Made by a program: the position numbers and the translations under genes. Below, in pieces: positions 22,324 through 36,232 of a DNA stretch of 64,000 nt (its first letter is position 1; the number at the start of each line of letters is the position of its first letter). A model generated the notes under the pieces. It searched no databases and was not told where the DNA came from. It saw only the letters and a list, made by a program, of their open reading frames with translations. The DNA lies in NCBI GenBank assembly GCA_965235115.1, contig OZ249442.1:20708001-20772000 (forward strand). Direction: 5' to 3'. Source of the DNA: Laetmonice hystrix. Its lineage: Eukaryota.

Positions 22324-22591
22324 GGCCCCGTCTTACTAAACATCGTTATTAACGATCTAGTTAACTGCTGGTAAAGTAGGCCGTCGCCAAGGCGACAACC
22401 AGACAACGTTACAACGTTAGCGGTACCCCCTCCCCAGTCGTTAAGTTAACTAGACCACTCCCTATACGTTACGCTACTAACTAGACCTTAGTAAGACGGG
22501 TTTTAACCAGCTCTAGTTAATAACGATTTCTGGTTATTAACTAGCTATAAGTTAACTAGATCGGGCTTAACGATGTTTAGTAAGACGGGCC
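22324..22591. mobile_element. MITE, Harbinger-type, CWG flanks
   Basis: GGCCCCGTCTTACTAAACATCGTTA at 22324 versus TAACGATGTTTAGTAAGACGGGCC ending at 22591; flanks CTG and CAG (one mismatch). Confidence 0.8.
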
Positions 22592-25439
22592 CAGGCTGGG
22601 TAGCCTAGCCCTCTTCTGGTGGGAAGGGAAACTACCAACGGCGGGCAGCAGCAGTGAATGCATGCATCCTTACACTGGTTCCCAAAGCTACCACTACGCT
22701 ACAGTGGCGCTGCGCTGCGCTCGCTCCGTGGACTATAATGTGGGGACCAGTCTAATGCATCCTGTGGTTCCCCTGCCCGCCGCTACGCTCCTTGGCGCCG
22801 ATGGTTAACTTTTTGTGACGGTAGGCCTACTGACTGAGAAATCGTGACGGATAGATATTTAGTCTTCTTTTTTCCCCCTAGTGTTTGCAAAACTAGATAA
22901 TTAAAGTAGATTATATTTTAGAAAATTATCCGTTAACATAGGACAGAAAAGAGTGTTAGGCACTTGGTTGTAAATCATGATAGAAAACGGCCTATGACAT
23001 TTTCAGGTCTAAAATTCAATATTTATTGAAAAGAAAATTATATCAGTCTGTCATAAATAGCACTGAAAGGCGATATACCAAATTAGTGTGACACTGAAGT
23101 GGACGTTTCACGGAGAATGACCTAGGGACTGCTGCTGTAGCGCAGGAACTGGCGTCTAAATAGGACGATCATTAGGATGCCCCCCCCCCCCCATGCATCG
23201 CACAATGCTGAAGGAAGAGACTGACGCTTTAACCCCCCCCTCCCCAATCCTCAATATAGGCATAGGCCTACGTAGATAGGCCACTCACTCGTTTAGAGTG
23301 GGCCCTATACAGTCCCCCTAGTGGAGGGTATCAAAGCTGCCGCCTTTTAATTTTGTGTTTTAGCCAGGTGGTACCACCATCAATAATGCGCCACTAAATT
23401 TGGTTTCTTTAGCGCAATGAAAAAGAATGAGCGCCAATAAAGTTATGTTCCAAAGAAAACATGATTAGGCCTATATTTGTATACCGTCGGCTTACATGTC
23501 TATTCTATTATCTTTTCGACATTCATGTGTAACAGATTTTGGTGACAGTAAAACGCGACATATAGATCTATACGTTGGCCTAGATCTACACCAGAATAAT
23601 AAAAATAGATAATTTTATAACATTTCATTACATTACATTGGCCGTGACCTTTCCTTATCATATTAGAATTTATATGGATTCCTAATGGTTGTTTGAATGT
23701 CCGACCTCTTGTTTTTAGTTCGTAACACGAGACTGAGACATTTTTGATTAATGTGATATCTTCTACATTTTTAACTCATGCGTCGCCACAACAAGTGAGG
23801 TAACCTGATACGCTGGAGTTGAACTGCTTACATTTCATCGAACCAGTTGTTGGGGGTGATGTTAGAACACTTTACGTACAGCAAGTAAAAAAGTTCTGCC
23901 CAAGGACTTGCGGGTTGGTGCTATAATGGTTATTCTCGGCTTGGATGGAGGGATAAAATGAAGCAGCGCAAACGCATACGATATATACGTCAAGGTTGAA
24001 GTATATAGGTAGCCCATGCAGGGATCCTATATGGATCTTTAACGATCACACATCCTGGATCGCAGAAACGTGGTTTTGTTGGAATCAGATTGTCACGCAG
24101 GAAGTTTGATCCAGTATATGTGAGAGAAGTCAAGCTGGCACAGTTTGTGCCATCAGTCTGACCAATGTGACCGGAATCCAAGAGTCCGACGATTGACTGC
24201 ATGTACTGAAGTTCAAGGATGTTATAGGGAGGTAATGTTTCCCGCTGGGCTGATTCCCATCCACGGGTACAATACAAGGTAAGTGCGTGCATACAATACT
24301 CATCAATGGGTAGGCCTATAGAGTGCAGAACCCGATGGTCAATGCGTTTTCAAAGTGAAAAGATAGGCCTATAGTAGGGGGCCTATATATATTCGGCGTT
24401 ACTTGACGCCGCACACATTTTTCATTGCAGCATTATTATTATTTTGGGCTGAAGGGAGCAATCCCCTTTTGGAAGTCGTCCATTTTTCGCTTAAAGTTCC
24501 CCTTTCTCCCTAAAACGACCAACCCTTTTCAGGTGCGTGTCCATGGATTTTCAGCGGGGGGGGGGGGGGGGGTCTCAGGAAATTTTTAAAAAATTAGAAA
24601 CTCTGAGACGTGATTCCCCGCCATTTAGGGGCCATTTTAGGGGATATTCCGTGGATTCATCGCTCAACGAGTTCAAAACGGCGGGAATGCTTATAAAAAA
24701 ATCTATGCTCTGTGGGAGCAGGGGGGTCCGGACCCCCTGGACCCGCGCCTGCTTTTCAAAGTTTCGGCTTGTGGGGTGCCTCCGCCTATATAGGCGCTAT
24801 AGGCCTACTTGCTTGGTAGCGCCCCCCCCCCCCCCCCATACGTGAGCGTTTGGGGGTTAGGATGTGTGCTCCTTTGTCTACCATGCATTTTGATGGCGAA
24901 TATAATATACATAGTCAGTGACTCAAAAGAAAATATTTGTTGGTTTATGTCACCATGGTCAGCAATAAACAACAGCTGAGCAAGCCTTGACCTATAGACA
25001 TATAGGCCTACGTCAAACGGAAAGGACAAGCCGGATATAGGCCAACGGGATCTTTCTTATTCTATCAGAATTCCAAAGTTTAATGACTATCAGATGTATT
25101 GTTTTGAAGGCCCCATGCACTATAACAAGTCGCTGAAGTTTAGTCCTAATCGCTGACTGACAGTCGGCCAGCCGGCCCGAGTTCCCAACTCTACAAACGT
25201 ATGTGGCGGCACAACGGATGCATTTTTCACGGTTGGGAAATCCGTTGAGTAATTCGGGACCCGGATGTCCATATATGCTACCACGCCTGGCTTTTTAAAC
25301 CTTACAACCTTCCGTTCGCTGTAATATTATACTTTCGACGAAAGTATTTGGCAGCTTGCTTTGATCTCTGAGCTGCTTTTCTCCTTGCAAGCTGTAGAAC
25401 GCGCGCTAATTTCCTACCATGCCAGACAAAGTAGATGAC

Positions 25440-25660
25440 TGGCAACGCTCAGGTGCGCACAGGTAAGTCGGGAGGATGTGGGAGTTCCCATTCCATGTGA
25501 CGTCACTCACCAAGTGCGCCGGGTAGAGAGACAGAGAGAGAGAGACAGAGTGGGTCGCACAGACCATACAGGCGGATAGTTACCTGGATAGACTCACGGC
25601 GACCGACCGAAATTCTGGCTGGAGTTCGCAAAAATGGACTTTAAGAACGGGAAAACGCAG
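25440..25660 (+). promoter_or_regulatory. Candidate promoter / first exon with short ATG-initiated reading frame (possibly the distal cadherin 5' exon)
   Basis: TGACGTCA (CRE) at ~25498, GA-repeat tract, AAAATGG at 25631-25637 giving MDFKNGKTQ, then CAG|GTAAGA donor at 25661. No transcript evidence is available. Confidence 0.4.
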
Positions 25661-28600
25661 GTAAGAATCGCGGTCGTCCAAGGATATACGTTACGCGGAC
25701 CACCTATATTATTTCGCTTTGGCCGTTTCTATTCCAGGAATAACCATTCACCTGCATTTTATGAGAACCGAAAGAGTAGTTCCTAACCGTGTTGATTTCA
25801 AGCGACGTGAGGGTCACGCTACAGTGGCTACAACTGGCTCCCTACCTGAGTTGGGGACGGACACCCGTGGATTTACCTGAGTTCGGGACTGATATACACC
25901 ATATACCATAGTCATATATAATCACTTGTTTGTCCTTGAAACGACAGTGATGTTACGTGGTTGAATATATGTGTTTTCACTGAAGATATTGCGACCTGAA
26001 CGCATGGCCGCGGCCGGTGAGGATCGACATTCCCAATGTCAGTTGGTGATGTGTATTTGGCTTCACCTGTGAATACCGCCCATACACAGGCAGGTAACCA
26101 TGCATGTATATAGTTGGACTGCATATAGGCCTATATATACACCGGGGGAAGTTTGGACACCGTAAATAGGTAAGGTCGCATTCCAGGTCAACCGACATTT
26201 TAGGGAGGCATTGTGAGAACTTCCATGATCATACCTGGTGGTGTTTTATCCACACATGGCACATTTTGATTGTCACATCGGCGTGGTGTAAACTGATGGA
26301 GATGCAAGTATATGATAGCGGTAGCTTGACCCATATATTTCAGCGGGCCGCTGTGGCCAGTTTATAAGGTCGGCTCCCCCATGCACCCGGCTACCTGTAG
26401 AATAAGCAGGCCTATAGGCCTACATATACGACGACCTTCAAAGTGAGAACTCCAAAACATTTTTTTTATCTTTTGATGATTAATCGAAACATTCAGATGA
26501 CCGGTGGGATATATGGTTAAAATGTATACGTCTACCAGTCATTGTGTATATATGGTCTTGTTCATTTGGTAAACTTCTGCACGTTTGTTGGGACCGGCCC
26601 CACATGATTCATGGCCCAAAACGTTCCGTCGGTGTATTTTCTCCACACCGGACAGCGGACACCACAGCCTGTGTCTGTTTACTTTTTCTCAGTGACAAAC
26701 ACATTCAGTGACGTCTTTTCACCATATTTTCACCATGGACTTTTGTTGTGGCAGCTTTGGTAGACCTACCTGTGTTTTTTAACATTGGTCGTCAGTTTAG
26801 TAGTAAGTAAAAGTGAAGGGAGTTCCGCCAGTTGTGACCCCTCACCCCACAACGTCATACCTTCCAGTAACTGGACCTGAACCACTTGATTTACATTTTA
26901 TAACACTGGGACTGGAAGGCGGTGTAGGCCTATACTATAGACGTCAGCCTGTTAGTAGCTAACCTATCGAAAGGGTCACTCACTAAAATCATTTTTCTGG
27001 TATTGGAGAAGCTGCTATAATCTCTGTTGAAGACATGGCAGTCATTCCCCGGCTTTAAGATAATATTTTGTGAAAGTCTATTATAAGAACTGTATATCTT
27101 TCCCTTGATATTACTTGGATGTTTTACACGGAAATCGTGATTATTATGTTTCGGCCCCCAAATATTGAAGTGGTAGGGTACGTAAGCCTAAAATCTGATT
27201 TGTCCAGATTCTATAAATTTACTTTACCTTATTACCTCTTACATAGGTAGGCCTACTAGATCCCAAAACAACACTAAGGACTGCCTAGGTTTACTGCCCA
27301 GCTGGGTTTAGAGCTAGGTCCCGTCGGCCCTGGGGGCAGCTCCAGACCGGAACCCAACCAGAGCCATTATTGTAACTTTGGATATTTTAATGGTATCAAT
27401 ATAAAATATGAGGTGTCAACCAAAAACAAACATTGACCATCCGGTCTCTGAGGGCAGGTTCGTGTTGTCATTCTAAGTCATAACTCGCCCTTCTCAATGT
27501 TTGAGCCGGTTGGGTTGAAAGGTCGAAAGTTCTGTAAGTGAGTTATCAGCTAGATTGTATTGAATGCTGTTATAATTATTTTGTTCAACCCATATCCCCC
27601 CCCTCAACCCCCACTCCGCCTACCCCACTGACCACTGACTCGCAAACATATGTCCTATTTCATCCATCTGTAAAGCTGCCATTGTGTTAAACTATTTATA
27701 TTGCATAATCGACTAAGTGTTATGTCTAAATTTCCAAGCAGGGGCCCGAGGGTATGTGCACCATGAGGACTGACCTGACATTGGGAGAAAGATTCTAAAT
27801 CTATCATTGAAACAATTTAAATATACTTGAGACTTACAAACGAGAAGTGTACACTGACCGTACAACAATGGACCTGTACATTGTATTATCAATGAGTGTC
27901 GATTGTTAATGATTTTTTTCTTGTTTCCTTCCCCGATCATGTCAACAGTAAATGAGGAAATTAATTTCTGAATAAATTGAGTCACTGACATCCACCGACA
28001 TCGCCATCTCTTTCTATAGACTGGGTATATTTCTGTCGGATTCATTCAGAAAGATTTGTGTTCGTTCTCACACATGAATTATTACATGAGTACATGAAAC
28101 TAGAATGCCACAGAAATAGATATTTCATTAATTTTCATCACGAAACGTCGATTTTAAGTTCGTTTGAGTCGTATCACTATTCATTTAGGATGTACCAAAA
28201 AAGGGACGTCTCGCATGCTGTGTTAAGGTAAATTTGTCATGGCATCATGATTGAGTAATTAAGACCTTATAAATACTTGTATATTATGTCCCGGTTCTGT
28301 TTCAAGGGTCGACCCTTCCTTTCAAAAGACATGATTATGTTATATAACATTATTATATTATCATTTGGTTACAGTGACAGATTGGTGGTATTATCTGGTC
28401 GCTGATATATATCTACATTCTTGGTCCGATTTGAGAGGAGTAGACTAGGGGTCCCTGAAGTTATTACAAGTATAGCTGTGGCTTTTCTATAGGGTAGATC
28501 CATACAGTATACCTAATCCATTTTAAATATTACATTATTATTCATTTACTAAACTTATTCAGCTTAACTTAAGTTTAAATGGTATGGGGAAAGAGACAGA

Positions 28601-30564
28601 ACTCTGGAATGTCGAGTAAGAACACAGTCACGGAATCCCCAAACCGGTTGGGGGGAAAGCTCCTGAATTAGGCTAGCAAATATAGATCTAACATCAGTTG
28701 AAGTTATGTCCGGAAACCTATTATCCTAATGCGTAATTGTATATTACATAAGAAACTGCTGTATAGAGCTCTTATTACTTACCTACCTCTATCATGTTAA
28801 AAGTTCTACTGGTATTTTGAAATTCGAAATTGTAATCACTCAAGGATCTGATAGGGTCAGAGGTGAATTTATACATTGTAATTATTAGAAAAGGGTCCGG
28901 GAAAGGTAATGACCATCCAAACATGATTGCTGGTTGTTCAGACAAAGTTTAACGAGATTGGAATGAAATGATCGGTTGTTCCGTGTTGAGTTGACCACTG
29001 ATGACTTCAGTGAGAGGACAGACCTCAATAAAATGATGTTTCGGTGAGGTCGGCTGTGAGTACGATTCGTGTCGCGTTGTTCCACGAACCAAACTCATGT
29101 CACAATGGTGTCTGTCCTGACCACAGTCGGCCTCCATTCCAGGACACGCATACACCTTCAGGCTCTGACGAAATGACGTTCGCAGTCGGGAATTTGAACA
29201 GAGCGACTTTAACACAGAGTGTCGGATACCATTTCTTGAGGACGCGGTGATGTAAGCTGTGCCCTCTGTCAGCACCGCCGTCGGGGTTGAAGCTAAGGGG
29301 TGACAGGCATGGCAGACAGGGTGGGGAGATATAAAGGGGGTACGAACAGCTCTGGTAGTGTGAGTCTCGGGTATGTGCGGAATGTAGCAGCTATTGACAA
29401 CACCAGGAAATGCCTTCTTGTGGCAGCGTACTATAGCATTGGGACGTAAAAAGGGACCCAAATAGACGATTTTATGCTAGGTGACATGACTGGCACCTGC
29501 CGAGTACCTGGGGGGGGGGGGGGTCCTCCTTCGGAGGTGATTACCAGGAATTGGCACCACGGAAGTGGAAGACAAAGGGAGGTTATAAGGTGCTTCTCTC
29601 TCGCTCTCTCGCTCTTTCTCTCTCTCTGTGGGCATTTTGGCACGAACCTGAATATAATTATGTGTGTATCTGTGTGGTTACTGTTAGGACAAACAAGTTT
29701 CAGAATTTTATTCTGTCTCTGAGCTATGGCTGAAATACTGTATACGGGGGTAAACGCTCCATTTACTCGGCCAGCACTATTAGGAGAATCTAGATTTCTT
29801 GGAGATATTTGTCTGAAAATATAACCAAGAGAATGAAATACTAGTCGTAGTGTTGGTATGATAATACTAGCTCTGGCGAAGGTAGTAGACATTTTTATTG
29901 TTGGTATTCGCTCGCCATCGTTATAGGCCGTGTTATTGTTGTTAAGGATGCCCCCGACTCGGTTTCCGCGAATGACGCATAGTCTAATCTTTCTGCTGTC
30001 GGCGCAATGAATGTTAAGTTTGGGATATAGTAAAAAGGCCAATGGCAATGGTTTCACATCATCATTTTTTTTAAGTATTTACATAAGTAACTCATACATA
30101 TGTAGACACTATAGAGCCTTCTCCCAAATTAAGGCTTCAAAAAATCGGCAGATCCTTCGTTCAGGTCCCAGACAATAATGGAATTGTCTGTCTGCTGTAG
30201 TACATCTAATTGACTGCTGATTGCTGGGTGCTTGTTTTCTTGCAGTTGAATACTTTAGTGTTAGGCCTTGCCCAAGCACTCATTAACCGCATTGTCTGTT
30301 GGTTTAATTAGCCCTTAGTGTACGTACCATTTGTTAGCCGAAGGTGTGTAATTATTTTGGCCCTATTATGGTGGAAATTATCGGCAGACGAATTTTCCTT
30401 CAATGCTGCCTGTCTAGGTGGCCTTTCTCCCTAATTGTAGCGGATTTAGCTGAGATAATTACTTAGAATAAAATGTATTAGAACCTGTGCCTTTATAGTG
30501 ATAATTACCCCGGTAAGCATAAACAAAGTAGGGTGTTTTGAGACATTTGGCTGTACCCTGGACA

Positions 30565-31974
30565 ATAGGGCGCCTAAGTATGTCACGAGAATTCAAGAGA
30601 TTTCGCGTTGTCGGGACAAGGAGCAGATAGCCTCGCTGGTTTAACATTGCGATGGCCATAGGGAACAGTGACAGTCAACTTTAAAATATTTTCATTCTGC
30701 AGTGAAGTCGCTGTTAATATTTAAACGTTACAATACATGATGGCTGGCATGTTTACTCTGGGATAAGGTTTGTTTTATAGTTTAGAAAGTTAGATTGTGA
30801 ATATACGGGCTGGTTTTTGTAAGTCTGTCGGCCCTGTCAATGCTAATCCTATGGGAATTTTTTTGACGTCACAATCGCATGGCACACGTTTGGTGCTATA
30901 GGGCATTCGGGAATCCTCGGCCATATCTTCGAAAGTAGCCTCGGGTGAAACAGGTGCCATTTTGAGCATTGCATCTCGGGTACATTTAGCCGGGACTCTC
31001 GACAGCATGGCAGTGCTTGCAGTATTTTGTCTGCATCAGGCATGGAAGCAACTAAAATAGGCCTACAATGCTTTCCCCGAAGTCAGTGGGCAATATTACA
31101 ATAGTATCATGTCATGATACAACTTAAATTACAACATGATTACAAGTAGTCCTACCATGTGTCGGGCCAGTGTCGTACGCGTGTCGTACATGGGCGCGGC
31201 CATATTGCTTCCCAGAATTTAATAAATTACCGTATTGACGCCCATTTAGGTAAATTGGGTGATTCATTTTGCTTCTTCAAACGTTCCCCTTCATACCAGA
31301 AATTTATATTTGCACATACAACGCCGAAGGAGCGGGTGTCAATAATGCACTACTTCCTGGCTCGATGGAATATGACGGTTCACTCAGTGCCTCGCTACAC
31401 ACCTCCATTTGGCGGTGTATCTGGTTGCCAAACATGGCCGCTATTCCACCCGAGGGTATATTCGAATAGCAGGAAGTGACGTCATATGCCCGAGGGAGTC
31501 CCGAATGGCTATAGGGCTGGCCAGTTCTCGTGTCCTAGATAGGCAAACATGCGAGAAAGAGCGAGAATGGGGACAAACAGAGGATAGTCTCGTCAGTTTA
31601 GCATTGCTACGCCCATAGGGACCAGCGACTGTCAACTTCAAAATATTTTTGCTCCCCAATGAGAGCACTTTGAGTCTTGAGCTTTACAATTATGATTAAC
31701 TAACAAGTTTACTGAATGAAAAGGTACATTTTACCTGTAAGAAGTTAAATTTTTTACACACAGCCTGATTTTAGAAATTGTTGTTACTGAGCCTATGTTA
31801 AACCTATGGGCAATTTGTGACGTCACATTGTTTGTCCCCAAAGCGCAAGTGGTTTGAGGCTATTTTACGTCATTTGCATATCCAGGTCACGAGACTGTCC
31901 AGCCCTATCGCGAGCTGGTTTGAGGCTATTTAACGTCATTTGCATAACCAGGTCACGAGACTTAGGCGCCCTAT
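30565..31974. mobile_element. Cluster of nested non-autonomous TIR elements
   Basis: Outer IR ATAGGGCGCCTAAGT (30565) / ACTTAGGCGCCCTAT (ends 31974); inner IR ATAGGGCTGGCCAGTTCTCGTG (~31511) / CACGAGACTGTCCAGCCCTAT (~31888-31908); third IR CTATAGGGCATTCGGGAATCCTCGGCCATA (~30890) / TATGCCCGAGGGAGTCCCGAATGGCTATAG (ends ~31515). 30565-30700 and 31511-31660 are diverged direct copies. Confidence 0.6.
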
Positions 31975-33463
31975 ACCTGTAGTCTTTTCTTCGTCAAATT
32001 TGGGGCCAGTTGGACAACGACCTTGTGTAGGCTGAATGACCTTGATTCAGCCAGTAGGAATTGTATCAATTTATGTCCTTTGTTTTTTAAGAGAGAGAGA
32101 GCATTGTTTGTTTTGTCCAGAAACATATTACTATAATAGATAACAATCGGGGTGTCTTCAGGATCTTAAAAAAGGAGAAAAAATGTAGACTTTCTATGGC
32201 GCAATCATTGATGTTAATCTCGAGGCAAATCCCCCTCTTCATTTAGCATGTTAAAATTATGCTTTGTGATTGCAGACTTTTGTTTCAGTGATAGAAATGA
32301 GCCGACGAAAGCATGTGTTGATGATTTATTTACTCTAAACTCTGCATGACTTTCTCAGATTTAATCCTCTGCCAGCGGTCTAAATAATCTGACAATTTGT
32401 CGGCCGCTTGTCCTGAACTGTTCACACGCAGTTTTGGCGAGGTCTTTGACAAACACAAGCGGGCCGTTCAACTTCAGTGTGTAGGGCCTTGGGCCGTCAC
32501 TCAGCCATTCCACCAAAATATCTGATCTGGTCCAAGTGGTTTCAAACAGATTGCTCCTCGACCCTTGACCAGAGGAGAGGTCTCCACTACCAGAGAACCA
32601 TATAACCGCGATGAAAACTACCAGCCCGTTCCCCCATTTAAATCTGCCACTAGGCAGGCATCGACCTACATTTCAACTCTTACCTTCCTCAGATTATTGC
32701 AGTCCACAAGTCTTGTCAGTTGGTTTACAAGTGAAAAATAACAGAATAACTGAAGGTCCTATTTTTAGTCAATATTGATGAATTGAAATTCAGGATAATT
32801 AAAATCGCTTCATTCCAAGCAATTTACACATTAGGTTTGTTCATGCGGTGTTTGTGATTGGAATTTCAGAGCTGGACCTGTCAGTCAATATACTTGATGA
32901 AGTGGAAACTTGACTTTGGCATGTCGCCTCTATTGGGAAGATTGGACATTAGCTACGCATGAACGGAACCATGTTAGCTTTTACCAATCCTGCCAACTAT
33001 TGTTTCCGGAGGTCTGATCATGCCCAGACAATGCCTTAAATTGAATAATGGGCATGGTGGAAAATCTGCCAAACCTATAGGGTTTATGCTAAAATAGCCT
33101 ACTCGTTCATTCCGATATATCGTTCTCCAGATTGGACCATAGGAGGTGGTTGAAATTATAGCAGATCCTACCACTGCCGGGAGGTGTCTGTAGTAGATTA
33201 TAAGCGGATATATCCTAGACCTCGTATAGGTTAAGGACTTTTTGTATCCGTATGAACGATAATTGCTAATGTAGATACATGACATTGCACCACTGCCACC
33301 CTTGATCCTGTCCTTATGTGGTGGTGCCGTCACGGGCGTGACTGCCGTTCTGTTCGTAATGTATTATCCGCGAAATTTGGTGGTGAAATGGAAAAATCTC
33401 ACTCCCTGGCCCGAAAGCCTAACCTGCTGTTCCCAGACTGGGAACCGGTAGGCCTATAGATCT

Positions 33464-33659
33464 CAAGGGGGCGGATCTAGGGTCTATATTCCGGGGTACG
33501 GTGGGTGGGTCCATCGTAAAAAGGGGAAAACGGGATCCGTTGTAAAAAAGGATCTTTTGGTTTTAACGAATAAGGCATTTTGGTTGTAAAAGGGAACTTG
33601 GGAAAATTTGAGGGGGGGGGGGGGTCCGGACGTCCCCTGACCCCCAGGATCCGCCACTG
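33464..33659. mobile_element. MITE of the CAGTGGCGGATC family
   Basis: AGGGGGCGGATCTAGG at the left end, CCAGGATCCGCCACTG at the right end, with an internal poly-G tract. Confidence 0.65.
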
Positions 33660-35947
33660 CTCCCGCCCCACTGTGAGGAAAAATATTATCCCTATTCCTG
33701 CCTCTAACCCAAACCGAGGCCTAGTCCCAATTTCGTGATAAAGTCACCATGGGAGAATAACCACTATAGGCGGTGGAGGTAAATTGGGGTGAGGGGGGGG
33801 GGGGCGCAGCTCGCCTCAGAGGTAGTCACATAATTAGGCCTGTACGCCTGAACGCGCCAAGCTACAAAACGTGACAGAGCCGAGACCGCGAGAGAACGTC
33901 CGGAATTCACACTGTCCGTGGATAAACGCATACAACGCGTTGTCCTCCTGCAAGTATAAATACGGTGACTTTGATGTTTGCGACGAAAACCTGTGACAGC
34001 CGCTCGCAGGGCTCCGCTTTCAGCGATGACTCACTTTGTCACAATCCTCCGTGCTTGTACGAGCTCGATCGCTTGTTTTGTATTTTTGTTTGGAACGACG
34101 GTTTATATTGCCCTGCCTCCTTAATGTCTGGACTCCTTAACCTCGTGTTGCTTTGCTTAAATACCGTGTACTCCCCGGGAATTGAAATATGATATCATAT
34201 AGGATTAAACAAACTTTAGGAGGCCATGTTGGTTTCTTTAGTTTGTTATGGAACTATTCGGTAGAGTTTAACTGCTTTTAGACCTACCCCAACATAACGT
34301 ATAACTTAACGATGGGGCAAACACTCAACCAGTACAGGATTACAATTCCAGGAGATAAGTATAGTGGGATACCTTTGTCCGCGTAACGCTGCTGAAAGGT
34401 ACAAACACATAAATAACAATAAATGTAGGAGATATAAAAAAAAGGACTTAAGTCCCCTATTCAGCAGGCAGGTGTGTATATCTTTTTTCGTTCTCGGATA
34501 ACGCCAGCAATTTGAAGGATCAGTGAAGCAGAGGAACGAAATTTAAAAAATGCAGTCGGTCATGGGGTGCAGACCTGGACAGACGAAATCCTTTGTTATC
34601 CGAAAGTAAATCTGTGTGGATCAGTTGAAAGGATAGATTTCAGGTTGGGGTCTCAGTGAGGGAACAGTCAAAAGATGAGCTTTCTTATAGGATTTACTTT
34701 TTTCTTCTGTGTTTTGGTGTCGGGACGACTGGTATGTTACTACAACCGTTTTATCAGGTGTTAAGGTGCTCTCACACTAGCGCTACGGAGCGATACGGTA
34801 TGGTACGGTTTAGAGTTCGTAGTATACCGTACTTTACCGTAGTAGTCGTAGTAATGTCGTAGTAGGACCGTAGTAATCGTAGTAGGAACGTAGTAGGAAT
34901 GTAGTAAGACCGTACCATCTTACCGTAGTAAGGGGAAACCGTGGCGGAACCCAAAAAGTTTTTGTGCATGCACAAAATTTTTTTCAAATCCGTAGCAATC
35001 CGTAGCAAAAATGCGCACCGTAGTAAAACCGTACCAAAGTCGTAGTAAACCGTACCAAAACGTAGTAAAGTCGTAGTAAACCGTGACAATACCGTAGTGT
35101 GTTACGTTCTACTACGTTGTTTTACGTTTACTACGGTGTACTACGGTGTACTATGGTGTACTACGTCATGTGACGATTTTCTGCTAGGGTCTACTACGAT
35201 CACACCCCATTTCCACCTGGTTACGCTACGGTTTGGTACGGACGTGCTACGAAGTTACTACGGTATTGTTACGAACGCATTGCGACATTTGCACGGTTCT
35301 ACTACAAAACTATTACGCTCCACTACAGACTGCTACGGAATTCCAATGTTGTTACGGTATTACAACGTTTTATTACGGAGTTACAACGTCTTAGTACGGT
35401 TTGTTACGACGAATCTGAGCTGAGGTACAAAGACATTCGTGACGCTGCAACGGCCCAAGCGAATTTAGTTCTTTAAAAAAACAATTTTTAGAGTCACCAG
35501 AGGCGACATAGGCTAACATGTCTAGCAAGTGGAACGGAAAATAGCATTGTGATCCTTTGAGTGTAAATGTAGGCCTATAGATGTAGGCAAAAGAAAAGAA
35601 AATGAGACTTCTAAAAATTAAATAGGGCCTAAATTTCGTTCACTGAATTGAATTATGGAAATTCCGTACTGAAAGGGTTAACAAATTTCGGAAATATCAT
35701 AGCCATAGATCTATATAAAAAGTAGGCCAACTATAATAAGTGGCGAAATATGAACAAATATATATGGGAGGTTATGTAGGCCGTATAATGAAGTTTTAAT
35801 TAGGCCTACGATGATATTTAGTCTAGCCAAAGTTGCTTTTAGTAATTAGGGGCCTAGGCCCTACTATAGGCCGTTCGGTTAGGTCTATCATGCCGGTGCT
35901 ATTTGCCCATCTTCTGCACCCATTTTAAAATGATAAAATCGGCAAAA

Positions 35948-36199
35948 CAGAGGCGTGGGAAGCTATTCGCAATTGGGGGGGGGGGGGGGGGCAAGTTTGT
36001 CAGTATTAGTGTGTGCATATATATGATTTTCTTTCCACAATTTTAAATTTTATTACTTTGGAAAAAAGGTATGAAACTGTACATAATATTAATTGGCCCA
36101 CAACCTTAATATTGGGGGGGGGGGGCAAAACATACTCTGGCAGCTTTTTCATTGGGGGGGGGGCCATGCCCCCCCCGCCCCCCTTTTCCTACGCCACTG
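35948..36199. mobile_element. CAGTGGCGTAG-family MITE nested in the Harbinger derivative
   Basis: CAGAGGCGTGGGAAG at 35948, CCTACGCCACTG ending at 36199, with poly-G/C tracts. Confidence 0.65.
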
Positions 36200-36232
36200 C
36201 AAAAGCTAGGGGGCACCCACCCACGCCGCCCA

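Noticed and set aside
28885-30057. Two long minus-strand ORFs (170 and 208 aa) suggesting a hidden gene
   Set aside because: No domain recognised, the second runs through CT microsatellite and poly-C, and I could not build a phase-consistent exon chain; an RNA-seq check would settle it.
34772-35423. ORFs of 105 and 108 aa rich in Y/T/R/L
   Set aside because: They are translations of the transposon's CGTAGTA subterminal repeats.
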